The notes: a model not told the origin generated them from the letters alone. DNA of 60,931 nucleotides, filler included, from Porpidia crustulata (GCA_964255105.1; 6 parts of 6 records of this genome joined end to end with filler, not necessarily neighbours in it); one strand, 5' to 3'. Shown: positions 24,925-37,456, numbered from the whole stretch's first letter. Numbers and translations: made by a program.

Positions 24925-25843
24925 ATGGCGGACTCTGCAGCTGCGCCCCCGAAGCCTAGTAGCAGCGTCAAGCTCGTGCTGCTGGGAGAGGCGGCCGTGG
25001 AAAAGGGTTGTACCTGCATCGGCGCCCCAGCGCTCTCACCTCATCCTGAATATTCAGGCTGGACCGAAGACTGACTTGAGAATACGCCTACGCAGTCATC
25101 ACTCGTCCTCCGCTTCGTCAACAATGACTTCCAAGAAAATAAGGAGCCAGCAATCGGCGGTACGCTCAGTCCCTCAACACCCCCCCTTCCTCTTCCTACG
25201 ACACTACATACCACACCCTCAGAGATCTTACTGACACCTCTCCTCTCCAGCAGCATTCCTAACCCAGAAATCCCACCTCCCCCACCGCACCATAAAATTA
25301 GAGATATGGGATACCGCAGGCCAAAAACGCTTTGCCTCCCTCGTGCCTATGTACTACCGCAACGCCCAATCCGCCCTCGTTGTCTACGACCTGACAAAGC
25401 CCACATCCCTTGTAAAAGCCAAACACTGGGTCGCGGAACTGCAACAACAAGCCAGTCCTGGCATCGTCATAGCTCTCGTCGGCAACAAGCTTGACCTCAC
25501 AAATGAGACTGAAGGCGGGGCTGAAACAAATACTACAAGTGAAGGAGCTGAGAGCGAGGAGGGTGCAGAAGCGGCAGAAGAGAGCGGGGATGCGAGGAAG
25601 ATTTCTACTAAGGAGGGGCGGGATTATGCCGTGGAAGAGGGACTGTTGTTCTTCGAGACAAGCGCGAAAATAGGGGTTAATGTGCAAGAGGTCTTTACGA
25701 CTATTGCGAATACGATTCCGGAGACGCAGATGAAGGAAGCGAAGGGGCCGGGTGCTGCTAGGGGGACGCAGGCAGCGTTGGGGGCGGAGAGGTTTAATCT
25801 GAATAAGAAGGCTGCAGAGGCGAAGGAGGGGTGTGCTTGTTAG
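24925..25843 (+). pseudogene. Degenerate Rab5-family GTPase (Vps21/Ypt51-like) copy; exons 24925-25005, 25096-25159, 25251-25843
   Basis: SSSVKLVLLGEAAVEK|SSLVLRFVNNDFQENKEPAIG|AAFLTQK...IWDTAGQKRF...YYRNAQSALVVYD...GNKLDL...ETSAK...GCAC. P-loop G>E, switch-I T>A, and the first donor reads GGTTGT rather than GT at 25006. Confidence 0.8.
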
Positions 25844-28233
25844 ACGTTGGGTGAACGACGCAAGGTTGATGATAGTGGGGATATAATAGGGGAGGGTGTC
25901 TGGGGAGTTGAGGAGTTGAACTACATGCGTCATCCTTATGGTGGGCTCTCGCAGTAACTCAGTTCGAATTTTTCGAGTGTTTCCTCCTTTTCTATCTACA
26001 GCGCGATGCTGAATAACTTCTTGTGTTGTTGAGAATACTCGGTGCGTCTAATAGCATGGAGCAAAGTCATACATGAGGGGGCTACAACCCCTTCTATGTC
26101 CAGATCTGTGGCTTCTAAGCCGTTTGGCTAAATAAGTGTCCTATTTCACCTGCTTTAACACCAAGGCTTCGTCCGCTCAAGGTACTCAGCCGAAGATGCA
26201 TCGTCTTGTGATACATCTATGTGACCATGTCCTATGGTCACTGTTTGGATGAAGATTTTGTTTTTCTGAGCGCTCTCTATACATGGCGCTTGCTTTACAT
26301 TCTTCTATTATGAGCCTAAGACCTGTTCAAAGTCTGACTCGTCCATCGCTTAGCGCAATGCAATGAGCCGCAGGAACGCTTTAGAGAATCTGCAGCTGGC
26401 CGTCCAAATCCCCCTCAGCCCCAATTGCCGCCATCGTGCTCACACAGAGGGGCGCTTATGTCCATGTCCCTCCAACTTTTGCAGTCGTTCTCCATAACCA
26501 GCAACTTATATATGAGCCACCTCTTCCCGACCTCGAAAGATTGCAAAGTCTATCACCGTTCGCAATTGGAGCATCCATACTACACCTTGGCTGTTACGCA
26601 GTCCTGTACTCAGCACAAGTTCTCAGTGACTCTTGCGGCTATGCACTGCGTGCAAACGACTCCTGCCCCGTCGACGAAATCAGCTGTAGAAAAGCCGCCC
26701 CGCCATTCTAAAACCATTATCGAGCGGCTTCTCTTTACCTTATACAAGCCCATAGATTCTGATATCTGCTATTTGTGCGGTAGGTACTTCTACCCCCAAA
26801 TCTTGGTGAACGAACGGCCGCTGTAAGCTAATACTTCTTTCCTCGATTCGGTGCATCGCGCTGTGCCGATCCTTCGTAGACTTTGTGCAATGGTGGACTT
26901 TACTCCTGTTGCAATTTCTTCTACAAGCCCTGTGTTCGAGACTTCAACTATGGCTCAGACTTTTTCAGTTAGCAGCACCACTCCAGCTTCCTCGAGTAGC
27001 AGCGTGTCATCGTCGAGCTTGACCGCACTCTCTGAAGTGAGTCTATAGCCCAAGCATCGTCAATCTCTTCGAGGTGACTCCGCCGGGAAAGGAATAACAG
27101 TCTGCCTGCTTATCCAGATAATCACTCATTCTACGACGCCCAGGAAATAGTTGCGATTATCTATCTCAACGGTCCAATATTGGCAGATTGTGCTTGGCAG
27201 ATTGTGCTTGACAGCTGTGGAAGCCAGGAATCCTGGACCATGCTCGCAGGATATCCACCTCCTGATCCGTCCGTCGCTATCCTATCAAGAACGCACAAAA
27301 TCACAGAATGTCATCTCTGTATGAGCAGAAGAGATGTTATTATCGGAACTGTTCCCCTTGATAAGACCAGGAGCTAGCTCTCAGTGCTTGAAATTTTGGT
27401 CGGATTGTGCTCGTATCATCGTTCATTTTAGCAATTCTTTCGGGTGGCCACCCCGGATCTTTACCCCATACGTACTCAACCTCTCCGAAAGCACAGGATT
27501 TCCTGCTCACTATCGAAACAGCATCACCCAGTTTCGCGGCTTCTTCGTTACGGCAGGTGCCATTAGTTATTCTGGTCCTGGTTATGAATTGTCATCTTAG
27601 ATGTCCGAGCGAGAAGTTTACTCGATTTTGCAGCTGAAGCCTGTGAGAAGAAGACTTCGCAACTCTGAGCGTACTTTACTCTTGCCTAGACCACGGGGTT
27701 TGAAGCCCAGAAACAGATATAAACATATAGCATTCTTACACGAGCTGCACCATCTGCTGCTCTGGGTTTGCATGAAATCCGCCACACCAGTGTCACTTTC
27801 AAGCTTTTAATTATGTGTTACTATCCTAGGGAGTAGCAGTACGTTTTAGCTAGTTCTTGGGCACTACTACCGCTCTAGCGAAGGGCTTTTTTTAGCATTC
27901 CCATTCGCATCCTCACATTGAGACCATTCGTGCCAAAAATGTCTCGGAAAACCGCTCGAGCGTTACATCTTGGGCTCTGAAAAATCTTTTCTCCAATTTC
28001 ACCGCGGTGGCTCCGCGTTACCGTCCTATATACTTAAAGTATGGAACCCTCAGAACATTCCACCTAGCACCCCGGCCTCCGACTCTCGCCCATACCTCTA
28101 CAAGATAGTACACGAAAAGCCCGATGTCCGTGTGCAATTCCGCTTGTACGAAGTGCGAAACAACGTTGTAGCAAAAATCTACCAAAGCAATCAGCATCAG
28201 GCCCACTCTCTTTTCGATAGCCATTTTCAACAG

Positions 28234-28643
28234 TTAGAGCCTCGAATTTTGGCTCCAATTCTCTCCCCACCTTTTCTGTCCCTTTCCTTTCCGTGCTTTC
28301 TTCTCAGCTCTGCACTTTGCCTTGTGCAGCTTCTGTGCTACCGTTAGTCCTTCTTGACACACAAGCTCTTGCTTCGCTTTCTTATCCGCTGGGTCTTCGA
28401 CAATGAGGTTGCCATTGCGAATGTCGGCGTGAAAACCGACTATGACTATAGCGGTGCCAGGTGCGTGAAAATCAACCTCCGGTATCCATTCCTCTGTCAA
28501 GCGGGCCAGAGTCCTGAGCTTGTCGCTGTCGAAGCAAATCAGGAACACGTCGGTCTGCGGGTAAGAGAAGGGACGGAGGCGATCATAGCCTTCTTCGCCA
28601 ATGGTGTCGTGAAGGAAGACTGTGTAGAGTTCTTTGTCTACAC
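28234..28643 (-). pseudogene. Rho-family GTPase remnant
   Basis: LHDTIGEEGYDRLRPFSYPQTDVFLICF...EWIPEVDFHAPGTAIVIVGFHADIR...EGLTVAQKL matches the Rho switch-II/G4 region. No P-loop exon, G5 (ECSA) or CAAX is visible. Confidence 0.7.
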
Positions 28644-28773
28644 TGTTTCTACGCGAAAAATGACTAGAGTCAGTACTTTGAGTGCAAGTTATCGTTGAAG
28701 ATAATTTGCTTCGTACATCACCTCTGCCGCCATCGGGTCTAAACACGTAAACGCCGGGTGACAGTCCTCTTGG

Positions 28774-29358
28774 GTGAAAGGTATCGGGGGTTCACGATCG
28801 ATGAGGGTGCAAAGGAGAGTGGATCTGCCGATGCGGTCATCACCAACGGCTATGCATCTATTCATTGAAAGTCAACACAAGGGCAAGCAGTTTTTTGTAG
28901 GCCACCCTACACAAGTAAACACCCTTAAGAATGATGAAAGCGAGAAAGATCCAATGTTGATTCTGCAGCTCAGTACGAAGCACCGCACCGTCATCGACGA
29001 AGTCAGCTACGCGGATCGAGACAAGAAGCCAAGCGAGCAAAAACTCACTCTGTCTGTAAAGATATTTCAAACGTGGCGGAAAGAAGGAGGATCCAAGGAT
29101 CTCAACCTCGTGATCCATCGCAACATCCAGAACCCCGACACCAACGCCGCCGTTAATAAAATACACGCTGGCGCCGGTGTAAAAGACGGTCAATCAGGTA
29201 AATAGCTGCCCGGGAATGAGGCCTGCGTTGCCCTGATGGGGACTGATAGTGCCCGTCCCGTGGCATGGATGCTTGCAGATCACCATCAAGCCTTTCTGAA
29301 CGAGAAGGTCATGTCGGCTGATACGCGGGCGGTGCTGATGGCGTTGCACATTGGTTGA
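28774..29358 (+). pseudogene. Effector-like/orphan fungal protein ORF interrupted by one in-frame TAG (29203-29205)
   Basis: The frame continues 50 codons past the TAG (LPGNEACVALMGTDSARPVAWMLADHHQAF...LHIG*). It resembles the 'NI.N..T...ALLGT..G..VA.ML..H' pattern of a fungal uncharacterised family (recognised by eye only). Confidence 0.5.
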
Positions 29359-29968
29359 ACTGGACTTGCTCTCACGGAGTACAGTGTCGGGATATTATTG
29401 TGGGAGAGCATCATGTAGGACTCTGGGTTAAGAACCTGAAGTTGAATTGTCATTCTTTTACATGTGTTGTGGGGATTTCCTGAGCTATCGGGTGGGACCC
29501 AGGCATAGTGTATCAGCAGCAGCCATTCTTACGTAGTTGTTATGTCAGAAAACTGCTTTGATCGGTTGCTTCAGTCGCTCAAACGTAGGCGTCCACGCGT
29601 CCAGCTAAGAGAAACGTTTCTCGTCCCAACTTCCTCTCGAGATTGTGCAACCCCTTGACCTTACCTTACCTAGAGCGGGCTAGCCCTGTCCAGGGGGGTG
29701 GGAGAGTAGCCACAGACGCCACAGTATCAAGTTTTACTTGTGAACAAACTCCTGGGAAAGCCAAATAGATTGCACATACAAAGCCTGGCAATTGATAATA
29801 GACGGTATTATAACAAGTGCAAGGGGAACTGAGACCAGCACTCAAATATAGATTCACAACTCCTTCTAGGATCGACTACGCAGCATATCGCCTTGTGGAA
29901 GAAGCATCGGCACCCAGATATTCGAAACCCATCTCTTTTATCCTGCCGCAGACAGCCTGAGTAGCTGT

Positions 29969-30377
29969 ATGGCGCCCGAACGCATCAGAAAAATCGATAC
30001 AATGGTAAGAAGCTCTGAACGAAAGAAGGTCGCCTCACGGAAGGCACGAGAAGCTTCTCAGAACAAACAAGGCGATAATGCTGGTGGCATAGTTATGGAT
30101 TCGGACTGCTCATTGATCGAATCAGGGGATGAAACAACAACAGAAGACCTGGCAGGCCTAATGCAAAAGATGAGAACAGAATTCGCTACTCTAGCGGGGA
30201 CGCTCACTCAACAGGCAAAAGAGCAGATAGCAACATTTCAAGCTCTACTTGACGCTCAAGCAGCGACTATTCAGGTACAGCTCGACGAAATCACTAGCTT
30301 AAGAGCAGAAAACACGGCCCTAGCGAATGTACAGAAACGGATCATCCAAGCCCCCTCGGGGGGATCACCAACCTATG
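29969..30377 (+). mobile_element. Putative non-LTR retrotransposon (Tad1-like) ORF1/gag N-terminus, interrupted
   Basis: Basic N-terminus, long coiled coil, then a P/S-rich 'SPTY' motif resembling the SP(T/S)YA of fungal LINE ORF1; located at the contig edge. Confidence 0.45.
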
Positions 30378-30431
30378 TGTTACGACCAAACCTCCCCTAC
30401 CTCCTTATAGGGCTCAGCGCACCAAGGGGTG
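30378..30431. mobile_element. Possible LTR terminus (TGTTACGA...) inserted into the ORF1
   Basis: TGTTA(C) is a common LTR 5' end. It begins exactly where SPTY(A) would continue, and the assembly breaks 54 nt later. Confidence 0.3.
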
Positions 30432-30531
30432 NNNNNNNNNNNNNNNNNNNNNNNNNNNNNNNNNNNNNNNNNNNNTTAATTAATTAANNNNNNNNNNNNN
30501 NNNNNNNNNNNNNNNNNNNNNNNNNNNNNNN
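30432..30531. other. Artificial contig-joining linker
   Basis: N44-TTAATTAATTAA-N44. Confidence 0.99.
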
Positions 30532-32114
30532 GGCGGTGGCGGAGCATGCGGAGGTCCTTCTTCTTCTTCGATTTCATCCTCCTCTTCCTCGCCGTCGTCG
30601 GAGATGCCGTCGTCGAAATCCATGGGGACCATGCCGCCGTTGAAGTCATGACCAATGTCGCCTCCGTCGCCGGCTTCTAACTCCCAAAGGCGCATATAGC
30701 AAGGTTTGTTCTCAGTATTGAAATGCTCGTACGGGTTCCCTGCGTCGAGCCAAGAACTACAAAGGTAGCAGAAATGGGTGTTGCATTTGAAACAGATCAT
30801 ATGGTTGCATCCCATGGTCTTTTGAGCGCGGGCATCGCAGGTGGGGCAGGGTGTGGTGTGGAAACGCATGTATTCTTCGCTTGCGTTCTCCTCGGCGGTG
30901 AGTTCGAATTGTTTTCGTGGAAAGCAGATAAAGAATTCGCCGTGCCAGGAAGCTTTACAGACTTTGCAGAAAGCAAAAGTGCAGTCTTCACAAATGGCGA
31001 GCCGCTCGGCAGGTGGGGGAAGAGTGGAGTCATTAGCATTGGGATCATATGATTGAGGTTCTTCTATTTCGGAGTCGGAGTCGGAGTCGGCGTCGTGGTC
31101 TTTATGGGTCTTTTTCGATCGGGCAGGGCCTTGACACCACTGACGAGGACAGTATATTGTGTTGCGGTCGGATTCGAGCATCTTCTTGCGCTTGAGTTTG
31201 ACATAGCGCTGGACCTGATCCTGAGAGAGGGGAATCTGGAGTAGCTCACTTGGGTCCAGTGTTCTATCTTTTGCCCTTTGATGCTTCCTTGGATTTGAAG
31301 GTAGAACTATTTGGGGGCGTTTGGAGATGTCTTCTCCGCATTTTGGTGCCATGCACTTGACATTAATAATATCTCCTTCAGTAATGCAGTTATTGAAGTA
31401 GTCTTGAAGACATTCAACGCAAAATACGTGGGAACACAAGCTCAGACGATGACACCATGCGCCTTTCTTTGGCTCCAGGCAAACCCCACACTCAAATGTC
31501 TCTCGCTCAAATTTGACCTGCTTTGCTCTCGAACCAAAGTCCAAGAGCGAAACCTTGAGATCTTGGGAGACCTCTAGGAGATCGTCATCCGTTGCGTGTA
31601 GATCGAACCCTTTTTCCGCCGCATCTCGTAGATGGTCAATATATGAAAATACCACCTGATCTCTTCCCATGTCTTCCCAAATCTTATACCCAGCTTCCCT
31701 GAGCTCCTGGAGCTTCGACTCTGGCATCCATGAAGACTGCGTATGTAATTTGAACTCTGGAGGTTTCTCAGCCGGATAGCCATTCGGAAGTGATATCTGG
31801 AGCGTTAGGGGAGGAAGGTGTGAAAGATAATTGATGTCCTGTAATAATTCTTTAACCGTATTGGACGGTGGTTCCAGAACTGCCTGGGCGAGTAATGGCT
31901 GTCCTTTGCCATTGTACTTCAGCTCTGCTGCCGGCTGGCCTTCCACGCTTGAAGATGGAAATAGTACGACTAAAGGCTTCGTGGGTTCAACGGGGACATC
32001 TATGGAGGCCGAGAACGGATTTCTAGTATCAATCATGAGTTCTGGAAATATAGCTGCGATAGCTGCCAATTCAACAGCCCGCTCATCTTCCTGGTCTACA
32101 GTGTCATCGGCCAT
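30532..32114 (-). CDS. ITT1: RWD + RING-IBR-RING (RBR) E3 ubiquitin ligase, ITT1/RNF14-like, 3'-truncated
   Basis: RWD (ELAAIAAIFPE; HLPPLTL..LPNGYPAEKPP), RING1 CGVC..CSHVFCVECL, IBR YCPRQWC..CEDCTFAFCKVCKASWHG, RING2 CPTC..KTMGCNHMICFKCNTHFCYLC. Confidence 0.88.
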
Positions 32115-32404
32115 GGCACCAGTATAATGTGTAGCAGAGAACAGCCATAGAATGTGGGGCTTTGAGATGCCACGCGGGGACAGCACTCGGTTCAGTAATT
32201 ATAAAGCTTCCATGAGGACAGACGAGCTGAACAGGAGGTCGAGAAAAAAAAGAATGACTTCGAGTATACTATCATAACTAGATAAGTGAGCCTATGAGTC
32301 ACGCTGGTGGAATTGAAGATGCTAGACAGTTGCCCGCCGTAAACGCGGAAGCTAGCCCTATCCATCTCAATAGTCTCCTCTAAACCTCCCCCTTCGCTGT
32401 TAGG

Positions 32405-33224
32405 ATGGGGGACACCCCACTGGCATCTCTAAGCTTGACGCATGTACACTACGTAAGGTCTTCTCCAAACGTATTTCTACATCCTCCATCAACGGCCTGA
32501 CCTCAACTAGAACCCCGGGGACCCCATCTCCTACCTCTGCGCATGGCTCGCCCTGGTCCCCCAGGCGCTATGTGTCATCTATGCCACGCTCGTATGGTCA
32601 TCACGCGAGGTTGAAATACTGCTCATGTTTGTGGGACAAATGGGTTGCGAGGCTTTGAATTTCCTGCTCAAACGCATCATTAAAGAAGAACGCCCGAAAC
32701 GTACTATCCCCGTTGCTGCGACTTTGCTTTTGAATATCATGGCTGATATGCACTGAGCAGAGATGAATGGAAAAGGCTACGGAATGCCATCCTCCCACGC
32801 TCAATTTGTCGCCTTTTTCTCGCTTTCTCTGACGCTCTTCCTACTTTTCCGCCACTCCCCTCAGCCGGCCACAGCATACCATACACCGCTCACACTTGCT
32901 TCACGCGCCTTACTCTCCTTATTTGCGATGTTTTGCGCCTCTGCCGTTGCTGCAAGCCGCATTTACCTAAATTACCATACGCTGAAGCAGGTACTTGTCG
33001 GAAGTGGAACGGGCGCATTGACTGCAATTGCGTGGTTCTTGGTAACGATGTTACTAAGAAGGCAGGGTTGGGTGGATTGGTATCTGGATTCGAAAGGAGC
33101 GAGACTGCTGAGGATGAGAGATCTGGTCATCGAGGAAGATATGGCAGAGGCAGGTTGGGAGAAATGGGAGGTCAGCAGGAAGGGGCTATCGCGTTTTGAT
33201 GGCCAACTGAAGAAGAGAAAGTAA
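32405..33224 (+). CDS. CAX4: Dolichyldiphosphatase (PAP2 family); exons 32405-32452, 32511-32700, 32761-33224
   Basis: LASLSLTHVHY|NPGD, KRIIKEERP, GKGYGMPSSHAQF and SRIYLNYHT PAP2 motifs; canonical introns. Confidence 0.93.
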
Positions 33225-33584
33225 ACAGGCCCATGAGTTTGAATCTGAGAAATTCATCTCGAGTATTCTCCGTCTGCCTCAAAATTCGTACCGCATTCGA
33301 CCATGCTAGAAACTCTACTACCCATAATTGTAGCCTTCGATACCACTTTGGCGATTGTTTTGGACCGAAGTTATAGTTCATTATGATATCAAATAATCGT
33401 AGACTTCCTACACCTGGATTCAAGCTTCATGGAATGGGGCGCGATGGACAATGATACATCTAGTTTGGAACTGGCGTGACTTTGTCGCGATCGCGCCTCG
33501 TGAACTCCGACCTTAACCGATTAATCTTCTGCACTAGGACCTTGCAATTGATGTGACCGGACTCAGACACGTCCAAATTGTAGG

Positions 33585-36075
33585 ATGCTGGTGCGCGCTG
33601 TGCAAGATATCCATCCTACAGAGAATCAAATGGGCTAACTAACTTTAGGAACGCTTGGAAACCTCCTTGCTTAGGCGCAAAGCAGGAAACACAATATGGA
33701 TACGAGCTCGACCGCATATCACTCCTCGCTCGTATACCACTTCTCCAAACCTACGCCAGGAGGCTTTTCATTCGCAGCTAGAAGATTCGTCCTCCGCTGC
33801 CATCTTATCATCACTCAAGACCCCGCCGCCCGTGCCTCAAACCTTGACCGAAAAAATTGTCCAGCAGTACTCTCTGGGCCTTCACAAAGGCAAAAGAGTC
33901 AAAGCTGGTGACTATGTCACGATATCGCCACACCGATGTATGACACATGATAATTCTTGGCCCGTTGCGCTTAAGTTCATGTCCATTGGTGCGTCCGACA
34001 TTCGAAACAAGAATCAAATTGTGATGACGCTGGATCATGATGTGCAAAACAAGAGTGACGCCAATTTGAAGAAATACCGGCAGATTGAGGAGTTTGCAAA
34101 GAAACAGGGTGTCGACTTCTATCCTGCTGGAAGAGGCATTGGTCATCAGATTATGGTAGAGGAGGGTTATGCCTGGCCTGGTAGCCTAGTTGTTGCCTCT
34201 GACAGTCATTCAAATATGTACGGAGGAATTGGGTGCCTAGGTACACCGATTGTGAGAACAGACGCTGCCTCAGTGTGGGCAACGTCAAATACGTGGTGGC
34301 AGATACCTCCAGTTGCAAGAGTTGAATTAAAAGGAATTTTACCAAATGGCGTCACTGGCAAGGATGTAATTGTTGCGCTGTGTGGGCTATTTAACCATGA
34401 TGAAGTCCTTAACCATGCCATTGAATTTACTGGCTCTAACGATACCCTGAAGAGCATACCAGTTGATGACCGATTAGCAATTGCTAACATGACCACCGAG
34501 TGGGGAGCTCTGTCTGGTTTATTTCCAATTGACTCGGTTCTCCAGAGCTGGCTTAGGTTCAAGGCCACCGAAGCCGCCCTGTATAAGTCTTCGGAACTAT
34601 CTGAAGCCACAACTCACAAGCGTTTCACACATCATACTGTGGGTCGATTACTTGCAAAAAAGCTCTCCGCTGACAAAGGAGCCCTGTACGCAAAAACGCT
34701 ATATCTGAATTTGTCTACACTCTCTCCCTACGTCTCTGGACCCAATTCTGTGAAGGTGGCAACACCAATTAGCAAACTTTCAGGCCAGAATATCAAAATC
34801 GATAAGGCTTACCTAGTTTCATGTACGAACTCTCGCGCATCCGATCTTGCAGCTGCTGCAAAAGTGTTCAACGACGCTCCTAAAGAGAATTCTGGAAAGA
34901 TTCCCAAGATCGCAGACGGCGTAGATTTCTACATTGCTGCAGCTTCAATGCCGGAGCAGCTAGCTGCTGAAGAAGCTGGGGACTGGCAGACTTTGCTAGA
35001 AGCAGGTGCGAAAGCGCTACCCGCAGGATGTGGCCCCTGTATAGGTCTCGGGGTTGGACTACTTGAGCCCGGCGAAGTTGGTATCAGCTCCAGTAATCGG
35101 AACTTCAAAGGGCGTATGGGGTCAATTGATGCAAAGGCATACCTTGCAAGTCCCGAGGTAGTCGCCGCAAGTGCTTTGCGTGGAGAAATCTCTAGTCCTG
35201 GGTGGTACGAGCAGCCAGAAGGGTGGACAGGTATTGACATGGGCGAGGGCGATGGGGTCAAAGAAGAGGAAAGGACGATCACAACAGAAGAGGCGCTATT
35301 GAAAGTGATTGGCCAGCTCGATGCCATCGTGGGTACTGCAGAGAATGAATTGTCTGGCGGTCAAGAACAGGTAAAGCAAGAAGATGATTCATTGACCGCA
35401 ATTCTCCCAGGTTTCCCAGAAAAGGTAGAAGGGGAAATTGTTTTCTGCGATGCGGACAACATCAATACGGATGGTATTTATCCTGGAAGATTTACTTACC
35501 AGGATGATGTCACGATTGAGAAAATGGCCGAGATTTGCATGTCTAATTACGACCCTGACTTCTCGTCAATCGCTCGAGAAGGAGATATACTTGTGGCTGG
35601 TTTTAACTTTGGATGCGGGAGCTCCAGAGAGCAGGCAGCGACGGCTATACTCGCCAAAAAGTTACCTCTAGTTGTTTCTGGGAGCTTTGGTAACATTTTC
35701 TCCAGGAACAGCATCAACAATGCGCTTATGGGTATCGAAGTCCCACGTTTAGTGCAAAGATTGAGGGAAACATTCGCGACAGATCGCATTGTAGGATCGC
35801 AGCACACTGTTACGGAGCCATCGCAAAACAGCGAATCTTTAGACTCACCACCTCCTGGTCCTCAGATCTCGCCGAAACAGGAGAAGTGTTTGACTCGACG
35901 TACCGGCTGGAGATTTATCTGGGACCTTAAACGAAGCCGGGTAGAAGTTCAAGAGGGTGAAGGAGGCCCAACTTGGACTCAAAATGTAGGAGAACTCCCT
36001 CCGAACGTGCAAAAGATTATTGCATCTGGTGGACTGGAAAAATGGGTGAAGAAGGAGATTGGAGCATCAGTCTAA
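33585..36075 (+). CDS. LYS4: Mitochondrial homoaconitase (lysine alpha-aminoadipate pathway); short first exon, intron ending at 33648
   Basis: [55 protein letters not shown], swivel-domain [11 protein letters not shown] and [10 protein letters not shown]. Confidence 0.96.
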
Positions 36076-36497
36076 GCCGTGGAGGTCTACAGTCGTCAAG
36101 CTTCGCGCATTGTTCCTGAGTCATTCACATCCGATATTTGATCTGAACTTCGCACGAGCCTCTCAAGGCCATTGGATTGAAGTGCTCAAGTTCATCAATT
36201 TCACTGTCCCGACCCAGCTCTCGCCTCAATACCTACTTGACGAGATGTTGTGGTCCTTTTCACGTGGCAAGCTAATGGAACTCGCCTTCGAACATCAATT
36301 CATCACAAAGAATCAGCAACCAAAGATGACTATCAGCTACTGGGCTGCTATACTAAGATGGCCTTTTTGTAGTTGGTCATTGATCAAGATTAGGCGAAAC
36401 AAATTGCGACTCTTGTTCAGCGCAGGTTAGCACGCGCCCTGATAATGAGTTCTAGAAGACGTCAATAATCAATCCTTGATGTAGGCAGATAGACGAC

Positions 36498-36899
36498 TTA
36501 CCCGTCGCTCGTACAACCTTGCAGCGTCCTCAATTCATTCAATTGCTCCGACCTCTCGTCCCGTGCGTCGCCGAGTTGCTCTTCAAGGCGCGTGATTTCT
36601 GCTCTCATTTAAGCTTGTATAGCAACGTCTGGCTCTGCTCTTCTGTCCCACCATAATTTCTCGATGCTTGCCTCGAGTCTAAGAATCTCCTGGTTGTAAT
36701 ATGAGATGATCTTGTTCTCATGGCGTCCATGGCAATTGAGACAAAGGGGTGGCCAGTGGATAGTTCTTGCGCTTACGACCTCAGGAAATCCGCCGGCGCA
36801 TTGGTCTTGCTCGTCACCACCGTATATACATGGCTCGGTGTTCACGAATTTTCGAAGATGTCCGCAATCGACATGCACTTCGTTATACCCTTTACACAT
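36498..36899 (-). pseudogene. Small Cys/His + coiled-coil protein with one premature TAA (36611-36609)
   Basis: MCKGY..CGH..C..C..CLNC followed by a heptad region that continues in frame after the stop (MRAEITRLEEQLGDARDERSEQLNELRTLQGCTSDG*). Confidence 0.55.
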
Positions 36900-37456
36900 C
36901 CTCGTGGCCGGTGAGGTTAGATTTGTTAGAGCGTGATCACTTCCCTGTACCTGGATACTTTCGTAGTCATCTAGAAAGTGAAGTCACATATAAATTGACG
37001 AAGAAGGCGTCTGTACAATACACGCATATATCAATCGTTAATCAAAATTTGAGGGACAATGCCATTGTTCATTCTCCAAGAGATTTCTGCTTTCATCGCC
37101 TTTCTCACAACAATATGGAATTTTTCGCATCTCTTTGACTATGAATAAAGATAGGACTCTTAGAGAAGCTTATTAAAAGAAACCTCGGCACTTCGATCTA
37201 AATGACATAAAATCATTCGTCACTCCCAGAATTGCTATCGATAGAAGGAAACTTGATGCTTCAAAATTTGAATTACACGAATTTCAATTCTTTTTTTCCC
37301 ATCGGCTATAGACGATCGATTACTCTTGTCCACCTGCAAAGCTCCGTCGAGTAAAACGGATAAGAATCCAGAACATCGTGGTGTACATTCGACTTGAAGT
37401 TCATTGAAGTCGTGGACTGTTAGATGGTTAGGAGTTAGTTAAAATAGTGGTACCCA

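Noticed and set aside
25298..25933. 211-aa minus-strand ORF
   Set aside because: Antisense shadow of the Vps21-like exon 3.
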